From Eledone cirrhosa (lineage: Eukaryota): a stretch of 64,000 nt of DNA. The DNA lies in the NCBI GenBank assembly GCA_964016885.1, contig OZ024743.1:336040001-336104000 (forward strand), written 5' to 3'. The notes below the pieces were generated by a model, which made no database searches, was not told where the DNA came from, and saw only the letters and a program-made list of their open reading frames with translations. Position numbers and translations under genes: made by a program. Of this stretch, positions 28,270 to 41,050 are shown piece by piece (position 1 is the stretch's first letter; every line of letters begins with the position of its first letter).

Positions 28270-28422
28270 TAGCGTGAATTCTCTTCTGCCCTTGTATCAC
28301 TATTTCTCTAAATATAGTTTTTAAAGAACCCCCTTTCTTTGAAGCCATCAACTTTCACCCATCCCAATCACTACTCTCACCTACCACCAAAATATAAATA
28401 CCAGCATATTACATTGACAGTC

Positions 28423-28472
28423 GGCTTCCAGATGATTTCTCCCGAATTGAACAGTTTAGTCCTGTAGAAGCC
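28423..28472 (+). ncRNA. Degenerate hammerhead motif, relative of 21056-21106
   Basis: ggcttc CAGATGA tttc tccc gaat TGAA cag tttagtc ctg TA gaagcc. Confidence 0.55.
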
Positions 28473-28511
28473 ATTTCTTATTATCAATATTCGAAAAACT
28501 CAGATTATATT

Positions 28512-28565
<54 letters not shown>

Positions 28566-29186
28566 GAGAAAGAGAGGTAGATTTATACATGGTGCTGTAA
28601 ATATATTTATACGCTCATATATATGCGACTTCTAACTGGAAGCTCTGTTTGAAACACTAGTTGAAAAAAAATAGTAATTTCCTCAAAAGACGAACATTTC
28701 TCTGATAAAAATAAGAACATTTAATTTTAAAACATATAAATACCCACCTGTGAATACATTTTTGCAAACTTATACAAATAAACTTAGAAACTGATGTTTA
28801 GAAACTGCCATAACACCTTACATTTAAATCTAGGCAGTGAAACCTATGTGATGAAACAAATCAAACACAGTATATTTGGTTTCCGGCGCATCAGGGAACT
28901 TAGAAGTTTGATAAAGATATTTATAACTGTTTCATATCAAATTTGGTTACTAATGTAACATAGGATTACGTAGATCATACTAAGTGAAAGTATGGGAGAA
29001 AAACCGCAGAATCGTTAGAACATTAGATAGAATGCTTTGCTGTATTCGTTCTGGCTCTCTATACTCTGAATTCAAATGCCGCCGTGGTCGATTTTGCCTT
29101 TCATAATTTCGAGTTCAATAGAAAAAATTACCAATCTAGTACTGAGGTCGATTCTTCCTCTATCTATTTCTAATCCCCCATCCCTC

Positions 29187-29248
<62 letters not shown>

Positions 29249-29382
29249 ATATATACTGTGGAGAAAGATAAACTAGGCCAGGCTTAAAATGCAAAAAAAA
29301 AATAAAATAAAATAAAATAAAATAAAAACGCCGTATGTCACTAGGTCGCCCTATGGCTCCATTAGCAGTTACGGGTACATAC

Positions 29383-29563
29383 ATAATTGTTTCTACTTTA
29401 GGCACAAGGCCAGAAATTATCCAGTGCATTACTGGTACTTTATTTTATCGACCCCGTAAGGATGAAAGGCAAAGTCAACCTCGGCGGGGTTTGAACTCAG
29501 ATCGTAAAGGGACGTAACTATGCTGGAAAGCATGGCATCCGACCCTCTACCGATACTGCCAAT
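29383..29563 (-). mobile_element. tRNA-derived SINE, near full-length
   Basis: A box tggcagtatcgg, B box gagttcaaaccc, conserved body, (TAA)-type tail. Confidence 0.9.
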
Positions 29564-29589
29564 ATACATAATGAGTGTAAGTGTGGAAT

Positions 29590-29820
29590 AAAGATCCGTC
29601 GGTGATGATGAGTTTTCGAAATGTTCAATCGACAGAACTGCCTGCGCATGACGTATAAATGGCTGAACATTCCTCCGATATGTGAAGCCGAGATCAAACG
29701 TGATAAATTATATATCAACCCTTTCAATTACAGGTATAGTCAACCCGGCGAGCTTCCAAACACTTTTCTTCTACCCAATGATTGCGAATCGAACTTCTTA
29801 ACCTTACGGCTATGCTGCAT
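29590..29820 (-). mobile_element. Old copy of a second SINE family
   Basis: Degenerate match to 51930-52190 and 52420-52690. Confidence 0.5.
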
Positions 29821-29996
29821 CCACACACTGAATTCAATTAATATCCATGAACATAAAATTACTTCCCATTTCAATATTAACATAACTAAACCACGTAACT
29901 ATAGGTAATGCAGTTGACTATTAAAGGCCATAAAAACTATTTTTAAAATAACCCACAGTTAGACTTGTAAACGCAACAAAATCAGAAAGAAGCATT

Positions 29997-30183
29997 GGTG
30001 GATTGGCAGTATCGGTAGAGGGTCGGACGCCATGCTTTCCAGCATAGTTACGTCCCTTTACGATCTGAGTTCAAATCCCACCGAGGTTGACTTTGCCTTT
30101 CATCCTTACGGGGTCGATAAAATAAAGTACCAGTAATGCACTGGGTAATTGCTGGCCTTGTGCCTAAAGTAGAAACAATTATT
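29997..30183 (+). mobile_element. tRNA-derived SINE, near full-length
   Basis: tggcagtatcggtag ... gagttcaaatcc ... gtagaaacaattatt. Confidence 0.9.
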
Positions 30184-30984
30184 TGTAAAACAAAGAAACA
30201 TTCTATATATTTTTTACTTAACGTTATGGAAACTCTAAACCACTCTTTATTAAATTATTAGGAATGAATTGCTGATATTAGTGAGAGTGAAAATGTGTAT
30301 TATTTTGTAAGATATGAAGACTCCTATCTTTTATATCTCTATTTGAATTTTTGAATATTCAGAACTTTTGTTCAAAGTTCAATGGAAATGACTATTCCAC
30401 TGAGGGTAGCGAACGTATTGGATTGATTTGGCTCTCTAATCAAGATCTATTTTTTATGGTGGCGTTTTCATTATACAGTAATAATAATCGATTTTTATAA
30501 ACTGCAATCCTCAGGTTACCTGAATAACTTAAAAGACTTTCACCTTCTCTTTGAAAATATTTTGTTATCTATCACAATAGTATCTAACATAACATTTTAA
30601 TTTTTAGACGTTACACTTCATCTTTATCCTATAATTTTCACAACCCCACTGAGGCACTGAATTCGATAAATGAGATGTAGAACTAGCGTAAGATCGTTGC
30701 ATACAATCTACGTAGTATTATCTCACTTAGAGTATCCAGTTTTCTGTTAAGGAGCAAACATTTAAAGCCTATTCTGTTTATCATAATGGCAATTTAAATA
30801 GAAGCGATTTCAGGTAGAAATGTCCATATGATCAACCTTCATATAAAACAGCCAATCATACAAATCGAAAAATGAAGATAACTCATTTCAATCCCCCATA
30901 TAAACAACATGTGATTCCACACACACAGAAAACATTTACTTTTCCTTGCTTAAGATAACATGTCCTAACACAACTTGAGGACAT

Positions 30985-31380
30985 ACGACAAGATCCAACA
31001 TCATTCGTTTACCGAGTGGGGTGGAACTCGTCAAATCTGTTTTCCATTGCTGATACTATCTACCCGTTGCAACTCCTGACAGAAAGAGCAACGTGTAAAA
31101 TACAGTGTCGTACTCAAGGACATCGCATCGCCCAATCCGGTAATCGAACTCGCAAACTCACGATTGCGAATACAATTCTCTAACGACTAAGCCATGCGCT
31201 TTCACACAGTATATTTATTGAAAAATGTTCAATAGGTGTTATTTATTTTTCACATTTCTCTTTCTGCCAGGAGTCGTAGAGAGTATCAGCAATAGAAAAA
31301 CCAATGGAAACTATTTCTTTGGTCTTTTTTGACGAGTTCCCGCAACTCGGTAAATGAGTGAGGTCTGGGATCTCGTCGGT
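30985..31380. repeat. Old inverted repeat (about 30985-31090 and 31258-31380) around a tRNA-like SINE head (about 31100-31205, minus)
   Basis: tttaccgagt/actcggtaaa, gaactcgtcaaa/tttgacgagttc, ctcctgacagaaagag/ctctttctgccaggag. Confidence 0.6.
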
Positions 31381-31447
31381 TGATTCGATCGGTCTTTTCT
31401 AAATCATATCGTTTCTTTCAGCTACCATTCCAGACATAGAAAAACTT

Positions 31448-32990
31448 CAGTGCATTACTGGTAATTTATTTTATTTACCCCGTAATGATAAAAGGCAAAG
31501 CTAACCTTGGCGGTATTTGAAATAAGAACGTAAATGGCCATAACACTAAACTACGAAGCATAGTGTCCGACGCTCTAACGATACTGTCAATCTACTGCCC
31601 TTATGGGACCCGCATAATAAAAATAATCACATATTGTAAACGTAGAGCTAAATCATATATGGGTGATAGATATCTGTGAGCACTCGGTATGATGCAAACA
31701 TTTAAAATTCTATTTGTGGAAGACATTTTTCAGACACACTGAAAGATAAATTTCTTGCAATGATTAATTTTTCAAAAACTTACCCGCCATTAGCTTATCT
31801 ACTTTGTATTCTATGTGGCCATTTATATCTTATTACTTATTACCACCACTAGCATTGTTGTTGAAATGTATTCAAAAAATATATGATTCTCAACTTAAAC
31901 CTACAGACATTGTCCTGCTCGCTTAATCCGAATTTATAAATAAATGTCAAGTAAATGTGAGAGGCATGGTGGTTAGGAGTGTTTGGTCACTGTCGTAACA
32001 GCGTAAGATTGATTCCTAGCGGTGCGTTGAATCCTCGAGCAAGAGATTATGCCTCATGTCTTTCTAGTCCACCCATCTAGCAAAAAAGTGTTTACCTGTG
32101 GTAAACATGACCAGCCTTTTCGCAAAGTGTTACGCTGGATCTCCTTGAAAATTACGTTAGAGTTGCACTCGCCGTTGGAACTGACGGAGGTCCAGCAAGC
32201 ACAATTACAGTTAGTTTAAATAACCCCAATACATCCTATATTTGTTTTCTTGTCTTTATTTATCTTATTTACGTGGGTTTCATGTCCCAATTCCGGTTTT
32301 CAGCCTTTGTAACCTAAACTTAATTTACATCAAGCTCATCTTTGACCACACTTCCCTAATTAGTCGTTATGTAAGTATTACCACTGTAATATTAAGACGT
32401 ATTAAGACGTCGAATTGGCAGAGTCGTTCGAATGTCGGATAGAATGCTTTGCGGCATTCCTTCGCGCTCTCTGCTCTCTTAGTTCAAATCCTGCCAAAGT
32501 CAACTATACCCTCCATCCATTCTAGGTTGATAAAAAATACCAGCCTTGTATTGGGGCCGATTCCTCTTCCATAGCTCTTTCTCACTTCCGTTCCCTCGCT
32601 CTCTCTTTCACTAAAATAATTCTGCTGTATTCAGACCTCGAGAGCAGATATGCTCCGCCAGGTTCAAATTTGCCCTAGAAACGCCGTATCTCAGTACGGC
32701 ACCCCTACAACTTCACAAGGAATCACGGCAGTATACAGATAATATTAATGTATAACATAGTGGTATTTTAATAATATAATCTTTATGTTGTTCGATGCTA
32801 TCCTAAAAAATAAACTTCATAACCTCTTTCTTTCACTGTCGTATTCTGACTTTGCGCATTCGTTTGGGAGTCGGATTAACAATGTATTGGTATTTGTTCT
32901 AGTTCACTATCCTGTGAGTTCAAATACTACCGAAGTCAACTTTGCCTGCTTTTCATCCTTTCAATGTTTATAAATAAAGTGCCCGTATAG
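31448..32990. mobile_element. Scattered degenerate SINE copies (about 31448-31600 minus; 31960-32200, 32415-32560, 32870-32990 plus)
   Basis: A/B-box remnants and matches to SINE body. Confidence 0.65.
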
Positions 32991-33440
32991 GAATCGACTT
33001 TCTAAGGAGTACAAGTGCCTTTACCTAATGTGCAAATATGTATGTATTATTCAACCGTTTTTACTAAACAAGTAACTATTTCACACTCTGTACTTTATAA
33101 TTTTATCTTACCGGGATTTTTATTATTAAATTTTCTTATTGCATAGCTTTCTGCTGGCAATATGACTTCATTCTTGGGAGAGCTGTAATTGAAATCCAAT
33201 ATTTGTATATATCTGTCTTCCCACGGTCTATAATATAGTTGTATCGTCTCCGTGTGTTTGTGTGGGTGCATGTTTTTGTATGGGCGGGCGTTTGTGCGTA
33301 CATATATATATTCATATACATGCTCAAATTTAATTAATAAATGTTTGAGAATATATATGTATTTTTTGTAGCCTTTAAAGTTTATCTTGAGAAGAAATGT
33401 CTATTTAAAAACAGTTCTAACTTTATGATTTCTCTGATTG

Positions 33441-33471
<31 letters not shown>

Positions 33472-33794
33472 ATTTGAGTGTGTGTGTGTCTATGTGTATG
33501 TGTGCCTGTGTGTGTGGGGGGGTGAGATATGTAGATATATATATATATATACACAACTGAAGTTGTATGTCCCTGCATAACTGTGAATATTGATGCGTCT
33601 CTAGATTTATTTCTGCATTGCGTCATATTAGATTTAAACTCAAATTATATTTTACTGGTGGTGGAACCAATATGACCACTCGATGCACGCAGTGTATATA
33701 TTAGGAAATAGCGATGAAAACATTGGTGAAAAACATTAAGCCTATGAACGAAACTTCATCGATTTTTCCTTTTATATATAGATATATATATATT

Positions 33795-36700
33795 ATGAAA
33801 ATAAAACAAAGAAGCCTTCAATACATCAAAAGTCTTTATTAGCCAACAATGTTTCGTCCTATTAAGGACTCATCAGGGCAATCAAAACCACAAGAAGTAC
33901 TATCGGCCAATACAAGCCGAAAACTCCGAAGAATATGGAGTGTTACATACACTAAAGTATTGCAAGATTATGGGTAAAAATATATAATAAAAATCACTAA
34001 GAAGGTGTATAACATTTTGAACCATATTACAAATATAGTCCAAAGCAAAAAAACCTAGAGCTAAACGAAGGTGGTTATATAGATCGGGAATTATATATAA
34101 TACTATATAATATAATATAATATACTTGTAACAATATTAAAATTAAAATTAAAAATTAAAAATTAAAATTAAAAGGCACAATATACATATGTATATATGT
34201 ACGCACACGTACGCACATATACATATACATCAATACACATATCCATCATTAACAGCACAAATTAAACCTTATTAAGAGTTTAAATATAAATAAGCATAAT
34301 AGGAATAAAAATAATAATAATACGTATATCTAATATACATGAAGTAATGAAATGATTAAAAGTAACACATATAATATATAATAAACTATATAATTATATA
34401 ATATATAATATAATATAATAGATAATCTCCGGTTAATTTACACAAACAATATAGATGTCACAATAATACTATAATAATAATATTATAATATATATAATAT
34501 ATAATGGCATGTAAGTTAACAAATCAATTCATATAGAGTTACAGAGTAGGTGAGAAAAAAATATAAATTGTACAATACCCAAAATTATGATGGTACAAAA
34601 ATATAAACATCTTACATGATATATAAAATTTAACATATCATAATGGTACATAAAATCAACAGTAAGTAATAAGGATCAATAGTACAATAACAACTTCAAT
34701 ATAAAATAATGAACATAATATAATATATAATTACTTATAATTACAAGGTTGGTAAACAGACATATATGTGGATGAGTGAATAAGGGCCAGACAGAAAATA
34801 GAATGCACAGTAGTATTAATAAATAAATAAATAAAATCAACCGGAAATTAAAAAACAAAAACAAAAGTATTTACTTAGGTCTCACATGCAGTTAAGTAAA
34901 AACTTAGGAAACAACCCAGGTAAATGACTCGAAAACCCTATTTGATAAATTAATATTGAAAATATTTAAGATACCTAATAAGGCAATACAATATTAGCTA
35001 TGGTTTAAGTAATCAAAATTTATAAACATTAATATTTCACTATAAACATATATATAAAGGAATGAAATATTCTACTATCATTTACATAACGATATCTAAA
35101 AAAACTGACTTAAGCAGAATTATGGTAGGCTAATAGGGACAGAAAAAATAAATGTATGGAGGATACAAAGGAGCATAAAATCATAATCAATATACTGTAT
35201 TATATAATAGAAAGGAGCATAAGAGAGGGGGATTAAATATAATCATAATATATATGAAGGGGTTGACAATAAGTTTATGTGTGCATGGGGGGGAGGGGGG
35301 TTATCCAAAGAAGAATCCAAATAAAATAAAATAAAATGAAATAAAATAAAATAATATAAAATATATAATCAGATATATACTCATAAGGTGTTAATAGTGA
35401 AAATTTAATGTGTAAGAAGATAGATATGGTATAGTAGCCAAAAGATTATGAGAGCTAGAATAAAAAGTTGTCAAAACCAATGATAATAATGATGATAATA
35501 ATGGTGGTAAACAAAAAGAACCTAAACTAAAAAATAGGTAATGGAATATATCAGCTAATGGATACAATTTATACTACTAGAACCTTTAGGTTTATAATAA
35601 AAGTAAGAATTAGAAATAGCGTGGGGGCAAGAAGAGAATATCTCAGACTTTCTATTATGTAAGGATTCACTAGAGAAAATTATAGAGTGTGTCTCGAGGA
35701 TACAGAGATTACAAAATTTAGTATGTGTAGAAAGGTTATTAGAGCGTGCTACTAAACGCCAATTAAGGCTATATGGTATATTAGCCCCCTTAAGATCCCA
35801 GATATAGTGTGCGAAAGAAGCAGAATTCTTAAACTTAACATGTTTGAAATTAGAGATATGAGAGTTAAACCTCGTCTCAAAAGTGTTAGATGTAGAGCCT
35901 ATATAAGTTCTATTAGAGGAATTAGTTATAACTACGCAAGCATAGACGATGTTCTTAGAGAGGCAGTTACCGTTTAAAGGGCAGTTAACACTCACTCTAC
36001 AGTTACACTTCCGGGTGCTATTGGTTGGCTGAAGTAGTGATGCATTACACGTAGGATTACTATTAGATAAGGTCTGCTCTGGTGGTAAGGCATTTACAGA
36101 TCTGTTCAGCCTAGTAGTATGTAGAGAGGAGTATCCATCCCTAATTTTCCTATTGTTAATGCTAGCTTAATGTGAACTAATATTAGGGGTGGTAGAGAAT
36201 GAAAGTTTAATAATATTTTTATTAAAAATACTATGGTATTTATGAGAAGGGGGGAATTTTTTCTCTAAGATAGAAAAGAAAGACCTAGGGATATTAGTTA
36301 ATACTTCCTGATTATATGGCGGGTTAAAATAAGTATTTAGTCTCCTTCTATTTTTATCCTTACCGACTTTACCATTATCTAATATCCCATTATTAAGACT
36401 AGGGTTATTACAAGGATTAGTTAAAACCGCATTATTAGAATCAGCCAAAATTCCATTAAGTCTCTTACTGTTTCTACCTCTAGTAGATCTGCTGCCGTCT
36501 GGAATCCCATCAAAAGGATTAGGGCCAATAATAGGATCAGTAGAAACAACATTATTAGAATTAGATCTAGCAAAATCATCACCAATTAGTGAGCGCTCAG
36601 AGGGTTCAACATGTTTCCTAGAGGTATTATATTCCCTATTACGAGTCCGGTGGGTTAACTTATGGATGGGTTCAGATACACCTATGTAATTTCTACGGTT

Positions 36701-37822
36701 ATTATGCTTCCTACTCCCATTCATGGCCATGTTATGTGATATTATGTTATTATTATTATAAGTAAGCGGAGACTTTCTAAGGTTACTATTATTATAATGT
36801 ATTTTACTAGAGTAACCGGAATTAGCTAGGGCATTATTATAGTACTCCGCATGTTCATTAAATGTTCCTACGTCCTTAGAGAGTGTGGAAATCCTATTAG
36901 ATACACCCTTAATTATAGAGCTTATGATAGATTTGGGGTGGTTAGAATTGGAACTAACATAAGAAAGTATTTCATTAGGCTTATGGAAGGGTTTAAAACT
37001 ATTAGTGACCAAGTCCAAAGTCACATCTAAAAAGTTGACCGCTCTATCGTTTCTATCTATCGTGATCGAAAGGTTATAGCTTTTAAAAAACTTATAAAGC
37101 TTCTTCTTATTATACTCGACATTGTTGGTGCTAGAGTTAATAACAAACAATGCATCATCATGATATAGTCCGCCATTAAGGTGCGGAAAGGTAACATATA
37201 GTTCATTTAGGAGGAACAACCCAACAAGATCAGTTACCTGGGCCGAATCACTCGAACCTATTGTAACGTCGAAATTGTTGGGCGTGTTTTTACGGGTCCA
37301 AAATGTGTCCTCAAAATTAATAATAGTTCTACGGGCTGCTAGTATAATATCTACCTGTGATTGTGTAAGGCTGGACACTCTCATGGCCAACATTAAGGCT
37401 TTATTGAGTAGGATGGGTGAAATTGATGTGTAGTAGGTATCAATATCGAACTGGATAAACTTATTAGATTCAAGTTTATTAATCCCAGAGAACCAATCTA
37501 TAACTTCCTTAGTGTTCCCCCATAGGTTAAAATTAACTTTATCCCTAACATCTGGTATAATAAGGTCAAGGATGTTTTTACTGATTATGGCTATATCGGA
37601 CTTAGAAGGACAGATGAGTCTAACAGAGGGGTTACTAATGACGTCTACCTTATGATCCTTAAGAGTGAATCTCGGTTCTCTAGGGTAATATGGCTGGGTA
37701 TACTTATCAAGGCCGAGGTCCGAGACTGTTTTAAGACCCTCACTATTGATATGGTTAAAATTATCTAGCGTAGTCTTTTTATAATTTCTATGCAGCTCCT
37801 TATAAATAAAGTCACGGTAAGC
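33795..37822 (-). mobile_element. Penelope-like element PLE4: ORF remnants 35555-37822, ~1.7-kb AT-rich 3' UTR, terminal HHR and polyA signal
   Basis: FDVTIGSSDSAQVTDLVG, GLYHDDAL, VNFLDVTL, PFHKPN, SNHP, YFNPPYN, CPLNGNCL, IVYAC...TYIGSTSNTF, CNLC, NRKSE, SCPH. Confidence 0.92.
33842..33879 (-). ncRNA. Canonical minimal type I hammerhead ribozyme
   Basis: gcc CTGATGA gtcct taat aggac GAAA cattg TT ggc, followed by AATAAA (33835-33840). Confidence 0.9.
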
Positions 37823-37823
37823 A

Positions 37824-37912
37824 CTGTATTCTTGACCGCTGTATCACGTGATAAGTTCCCCCTCCGCCTATCGGGATTCTATCTCACGTCCTACGGACGT
37901 GTTTTGAAACTC

Positions 37913-37916
<4 letters not shown>
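37824..37916 (+). repeat. Fragment of the 39.4-40.0 kb element abutting the truncated 5' end of PLE4
   Basis: Matches 39718-39811 (ttcttgaccgctgtatcacgtgataagttccccctccgcc). Confidence 0.85.
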
Positions 37917-37957
<41 letters not shown>

Positions 37958-38150
37958 ACAGCCGGCCATGTTGTTCTTCACTCTTTCATTACTGTTACAC
38001 CAAGAATAACCTGCATGAGAATTCTCGAAAACTCGCTACCTAACTGAGGAAACCTCTTGTTGAGTCAAACAACGCCGTACGTTAAAACTATCCACAGTAC
38101 AGGGTACTCACAACCTCTAACTGGATTACCTAAAGCGATAACGTGTTATT

Positions 38151-38218
<68 letters not shown>

Positions 38219-38738
38219 CATCTTAAAATCCCAAAATAAATGACTATATGACAGAATCGAACGATCATTATACTGCAACCACAAACTGAAGGCTAAATAC
38301 TCTCACTATAAAGTAACTTAACATTCGAACCCGTAAATATAACATTGCTTTCTAGCTAACTACTTTCTCTCAATAACAACTTCTTAACTATATTCCCTAC
38401 ACTACAAGACAATACCCTGCTTATCACTATAAATGGATGCAATTTGTAGCCTACAACTATGAACTCAATGTACACCCATCCTATAGCTTTCGTCTGTCTC
38501 CTCTCTATCTCTCCCTCTCCCCCCATCTCTCTCTCTCCCTCTCTCCCTCTCTCGCCCTCGGTCCACCTCCCCCCTCTCCACATCTATGAACCTGCCCTCT
38601 GTGGCAATAAACAATTCCAACCTTAACTATCAACGCATCGCTTAAGGTTGTCACTTTAAGAGTAACATTTTGATTAAGATATCTGTATTCTACAAACCAC
38701 TCTCTCCCATTTCTCCAACTCCTGCATCTCTCTCTCTC

Positions 38739-38775
<37 letters not shown>

Positions 38776-38855
38776 TCTTTCTCTCTTCCTTTTCTACTCT
38801 ATGTTCCCCCAATAACCTCACTTAAGGGTATTTACATTTCACATTTTAACCATTC

Positions 38856-38967
38856 TGCTCTGATGATACAGTGGTCACAGCATCTGATAATTGAGTTTTG
38901 CAAATAGTTATAAATTTGCACATAGCATAACTAGGCTGTATAACCACCATGGAAACATTTGTAAGCA
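38856..38967 (+). ncRNA. Type I hammerhead with ~85-nt stem II region
   Basis: tgct CTGATGA tacagtggtcacagc...gctgtataaccaccatg GAAA catttg TA agca; AATAAA at 38973. Confidence 0.78.
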
Positions 38968-39014
38968 CACAGAATAAATTACCTTTTTATGATGTCTACC
39001 TGTGATTATTCATT

Positions 39015-39096
<82 letters not shown>

Positions 39097-39125
39097 CATT
39101 ATAAATATATATATATATATATATA

Positions 39126-39315
39126 TAACGAAGGAAATGTGGTAAGGAACCAGGTGGACCATAACGCACCAAAGTACTCAATACTTGAGGTAGTAGAGTG
39201 GGTAATAGGAACCAGTAAGACCCCGACAGCTGAGCTCAAGCCGTTTCGACGGCTAATTCTGTCCAGAATTAGCCGTCGAAACGGCTTGAGCTCAGCTGTC
39301 GGGGTCTTACTGGTT

Positions 39316-39320
<5 letters not shown>
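39126..39320. mobile_element. PLE3-family pseudo-LTR fragment folded back on itself (39205-39320)
   Basis: ggaaccagtaagaccccgacagctgagctcaagccgtttcgacggctaattctg and its reverse complement. Confidence 0.9.
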
Positions 39321-39370
<50 letters not shown>

Positions 39371-39373
39371 CAT

Positions 39374-39422
<49 letters not shown>

Positions 39423-39488
39423 TACATTATAAAGAAAGAAGAAACATTAGATCTAAATAAATAGATATATATACCTAAATTCCTTCAT

Positions 39489-39584
39489 TATCCTCGACTA
39501 CGTAGTTTCGTGACTATTATACAAAAACATTACATCATAGAGATGCAGTATTTTTGTGAGGTTTGCCGACTTATCAAGATGATA
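39489..39584 (-). ncRNA. Hammerhead with U3-A8 core (left arm)
   Basis: tatcatc TTGATAA gtcggc...gtcac GAAA ctacgtag TC gaggata. Confidence 0.75.
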
Positions 39585-39815
39585 CCTCATTTAGACTTTC
39601 AAAACACGTCCGTAGGACGTGAGATAGAATCCCGAAAGGCGGAGGGGGAACTTATCACGTGATACAGCGGTCAAGAAACAGAGCTAAGGCGCTTACAACC
39701 AAGTAAGAGGCTTAGCTCTGTTTCTTGACCGCTGTATCACGTGATAAGTTCCCCCTCCGCCTATCGGGATTCTATCTCACGTCCTATAGGACGTGTTTTG
39801 AAACTCTAAATGAGG

Positions 39816-39911
39816 TATCCTCTTGATAAGTCGGCAAACCTCACAAAAATACTGCATCTCTATGATGTAATGTTTTTGCATAATAGCCACGAAACTACGT
39901 AGTCGAGGATA
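39816..39911 (+). ncRNA. Hammerhead with U3-A8 core (right arm)
   Basis: tatcctc TTGATAA gtcggc...gccac GAAA ctacgtag TC gaggata; perfect 7-bp stem I; palindromic stem III ACTACGTAGT. Confidence 0.82.
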
Positions 39912-40249
39912 ATGAAGGAATTTAGGTATATTATCTCGTGTTATTTATATCTAATGTTCCTTCTTTCTTTATAATGTATTATATAGCGCTGATATTGAAT
40001 CAATCTAATCCATCCAGATTATTTTGTCCCTATTATTCATAGAGCAACAACGGTCAAGGTTGGCACCACACAAATTCAGGGATGTATGTGGGTATATGCA
40101 TGTATATGTATGTATTCGCATGTGTCTGTGTATTTCTTTGTATTGTATATATATATATATATATTTGTTGTTGTGGGGTTGCAATATAAATGCGTCCGTA
40201 GGCGGTATCCCGGTTGAGCACTCGATGGTAGCGCAGAGCACGGTATATT

Positions 40250-40546
40250 ATTATAGACAACGAGGAATCAGTAATGCATCAAACCACAATGTATTAACAT
40301 ATTACATATGTTTCTCCGTCGATCAGCTCGTGGCTGGATCTGTTACAGATCGAACCCAACTCTGCATTCAAAAGATCCTCAGATATGTCTTGTGGAATAC
40401 TTTGAATCCACAAGAGATATCTGGGGAACTTTCGAATGCAGAGTCCAGTTCGATCTGTAACAGATGCTGCCTCGAGCTGATCGACGGAGGAACATATGTA
40501 ATATGTTAATAAATTGTGGCTTGATGCATTACTGATTCCTCGTTAT

Positions 40547-40553
<7 letters not shown>
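40250..40553. repeat. ~145-bp-arm inverted repeat of another HHR element
   Basis: cgaggaatcagtaatgcatcaa mirrored by ttgatgcattactgattcctcg. Confidence 0.92.
40297..40388 (-). ncRNA. Type I hammerhead with extended stem II (degenerate mirror at 40415-40506, plus)
   Basis: acatat CTGAGGA tcttttga...tcgacgga GAAA catatg TA atatgt. Confidence 0.78.
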
Positions 40554-40587
<34 letters not shown>

Positions 40588-40590
<3 letters not shown>

Positions 40591-41050
40591 ACGTCACTCT
40601 TGAGTGCTAGGGTAACATGTAACCCAGTACAACCTGTCGCATGGTCGGGTCGTCGGTGACTAAACCGGCAACCCCACCAAGTTTACTTGGTGAGGAGGGT
40701 GATTTAGGACACCCTGCAGGACAACAAACAAAACCTGACAAAGGGCGGAAGAACTCATAAGAGTCAACGGCCAACCAAAAGTGTGTAAATATGAATATAC
40801 ACATGTACCGCGCGGTTAAACCACTGGGAGTGAATGACCCCTAGCCTTTGTCAGGGCATTCTTCTAGGAGAAGGCAACTCAGAAAACTGGGATAACTCCC
40901 ATATAAAACCTGCGGCTCAGTAGTTACCGATGATGTTGATATTTTCTTCTTTTCGGGCTCTAGCTACTGTCGCTCAGAGAGTGGGATTGGTTCAGTGCAC
41001 ACTGTTTCCTCACTTTAAAAATTATATTCACGCACAGGCATTGACCGATA
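40588..41050 (+). mobile_element. RTE-type LINE 5' UTR fragment
   Basis: Shared with the inverted piece next to the RTE 3' end at 27.3 kb; motifs ctaggagaaggcaactc and gggattggttcagtgcacactg resemble RTE/BovB-like leaders (recognition from memory, no search). Confidence 0.55.

Larger units (their letters stand above)
39417..39984. repeat. ~270-bp-arm inverted repeat of an HHR-bearing non-coding element
   Basis: Arms are reverse complements around a centre near 39700. Confidence 0.95.

Noticed and set aside
29997-30085. A/B-box sequences as tRNA genes
   Set aside because: No cloverleaf; they are SINE heads continuous with a repeated body
38043-38085. taa CTGAGGA ... CAAA ... TA cgtta
   Set aside because: G12 missing and stems weak
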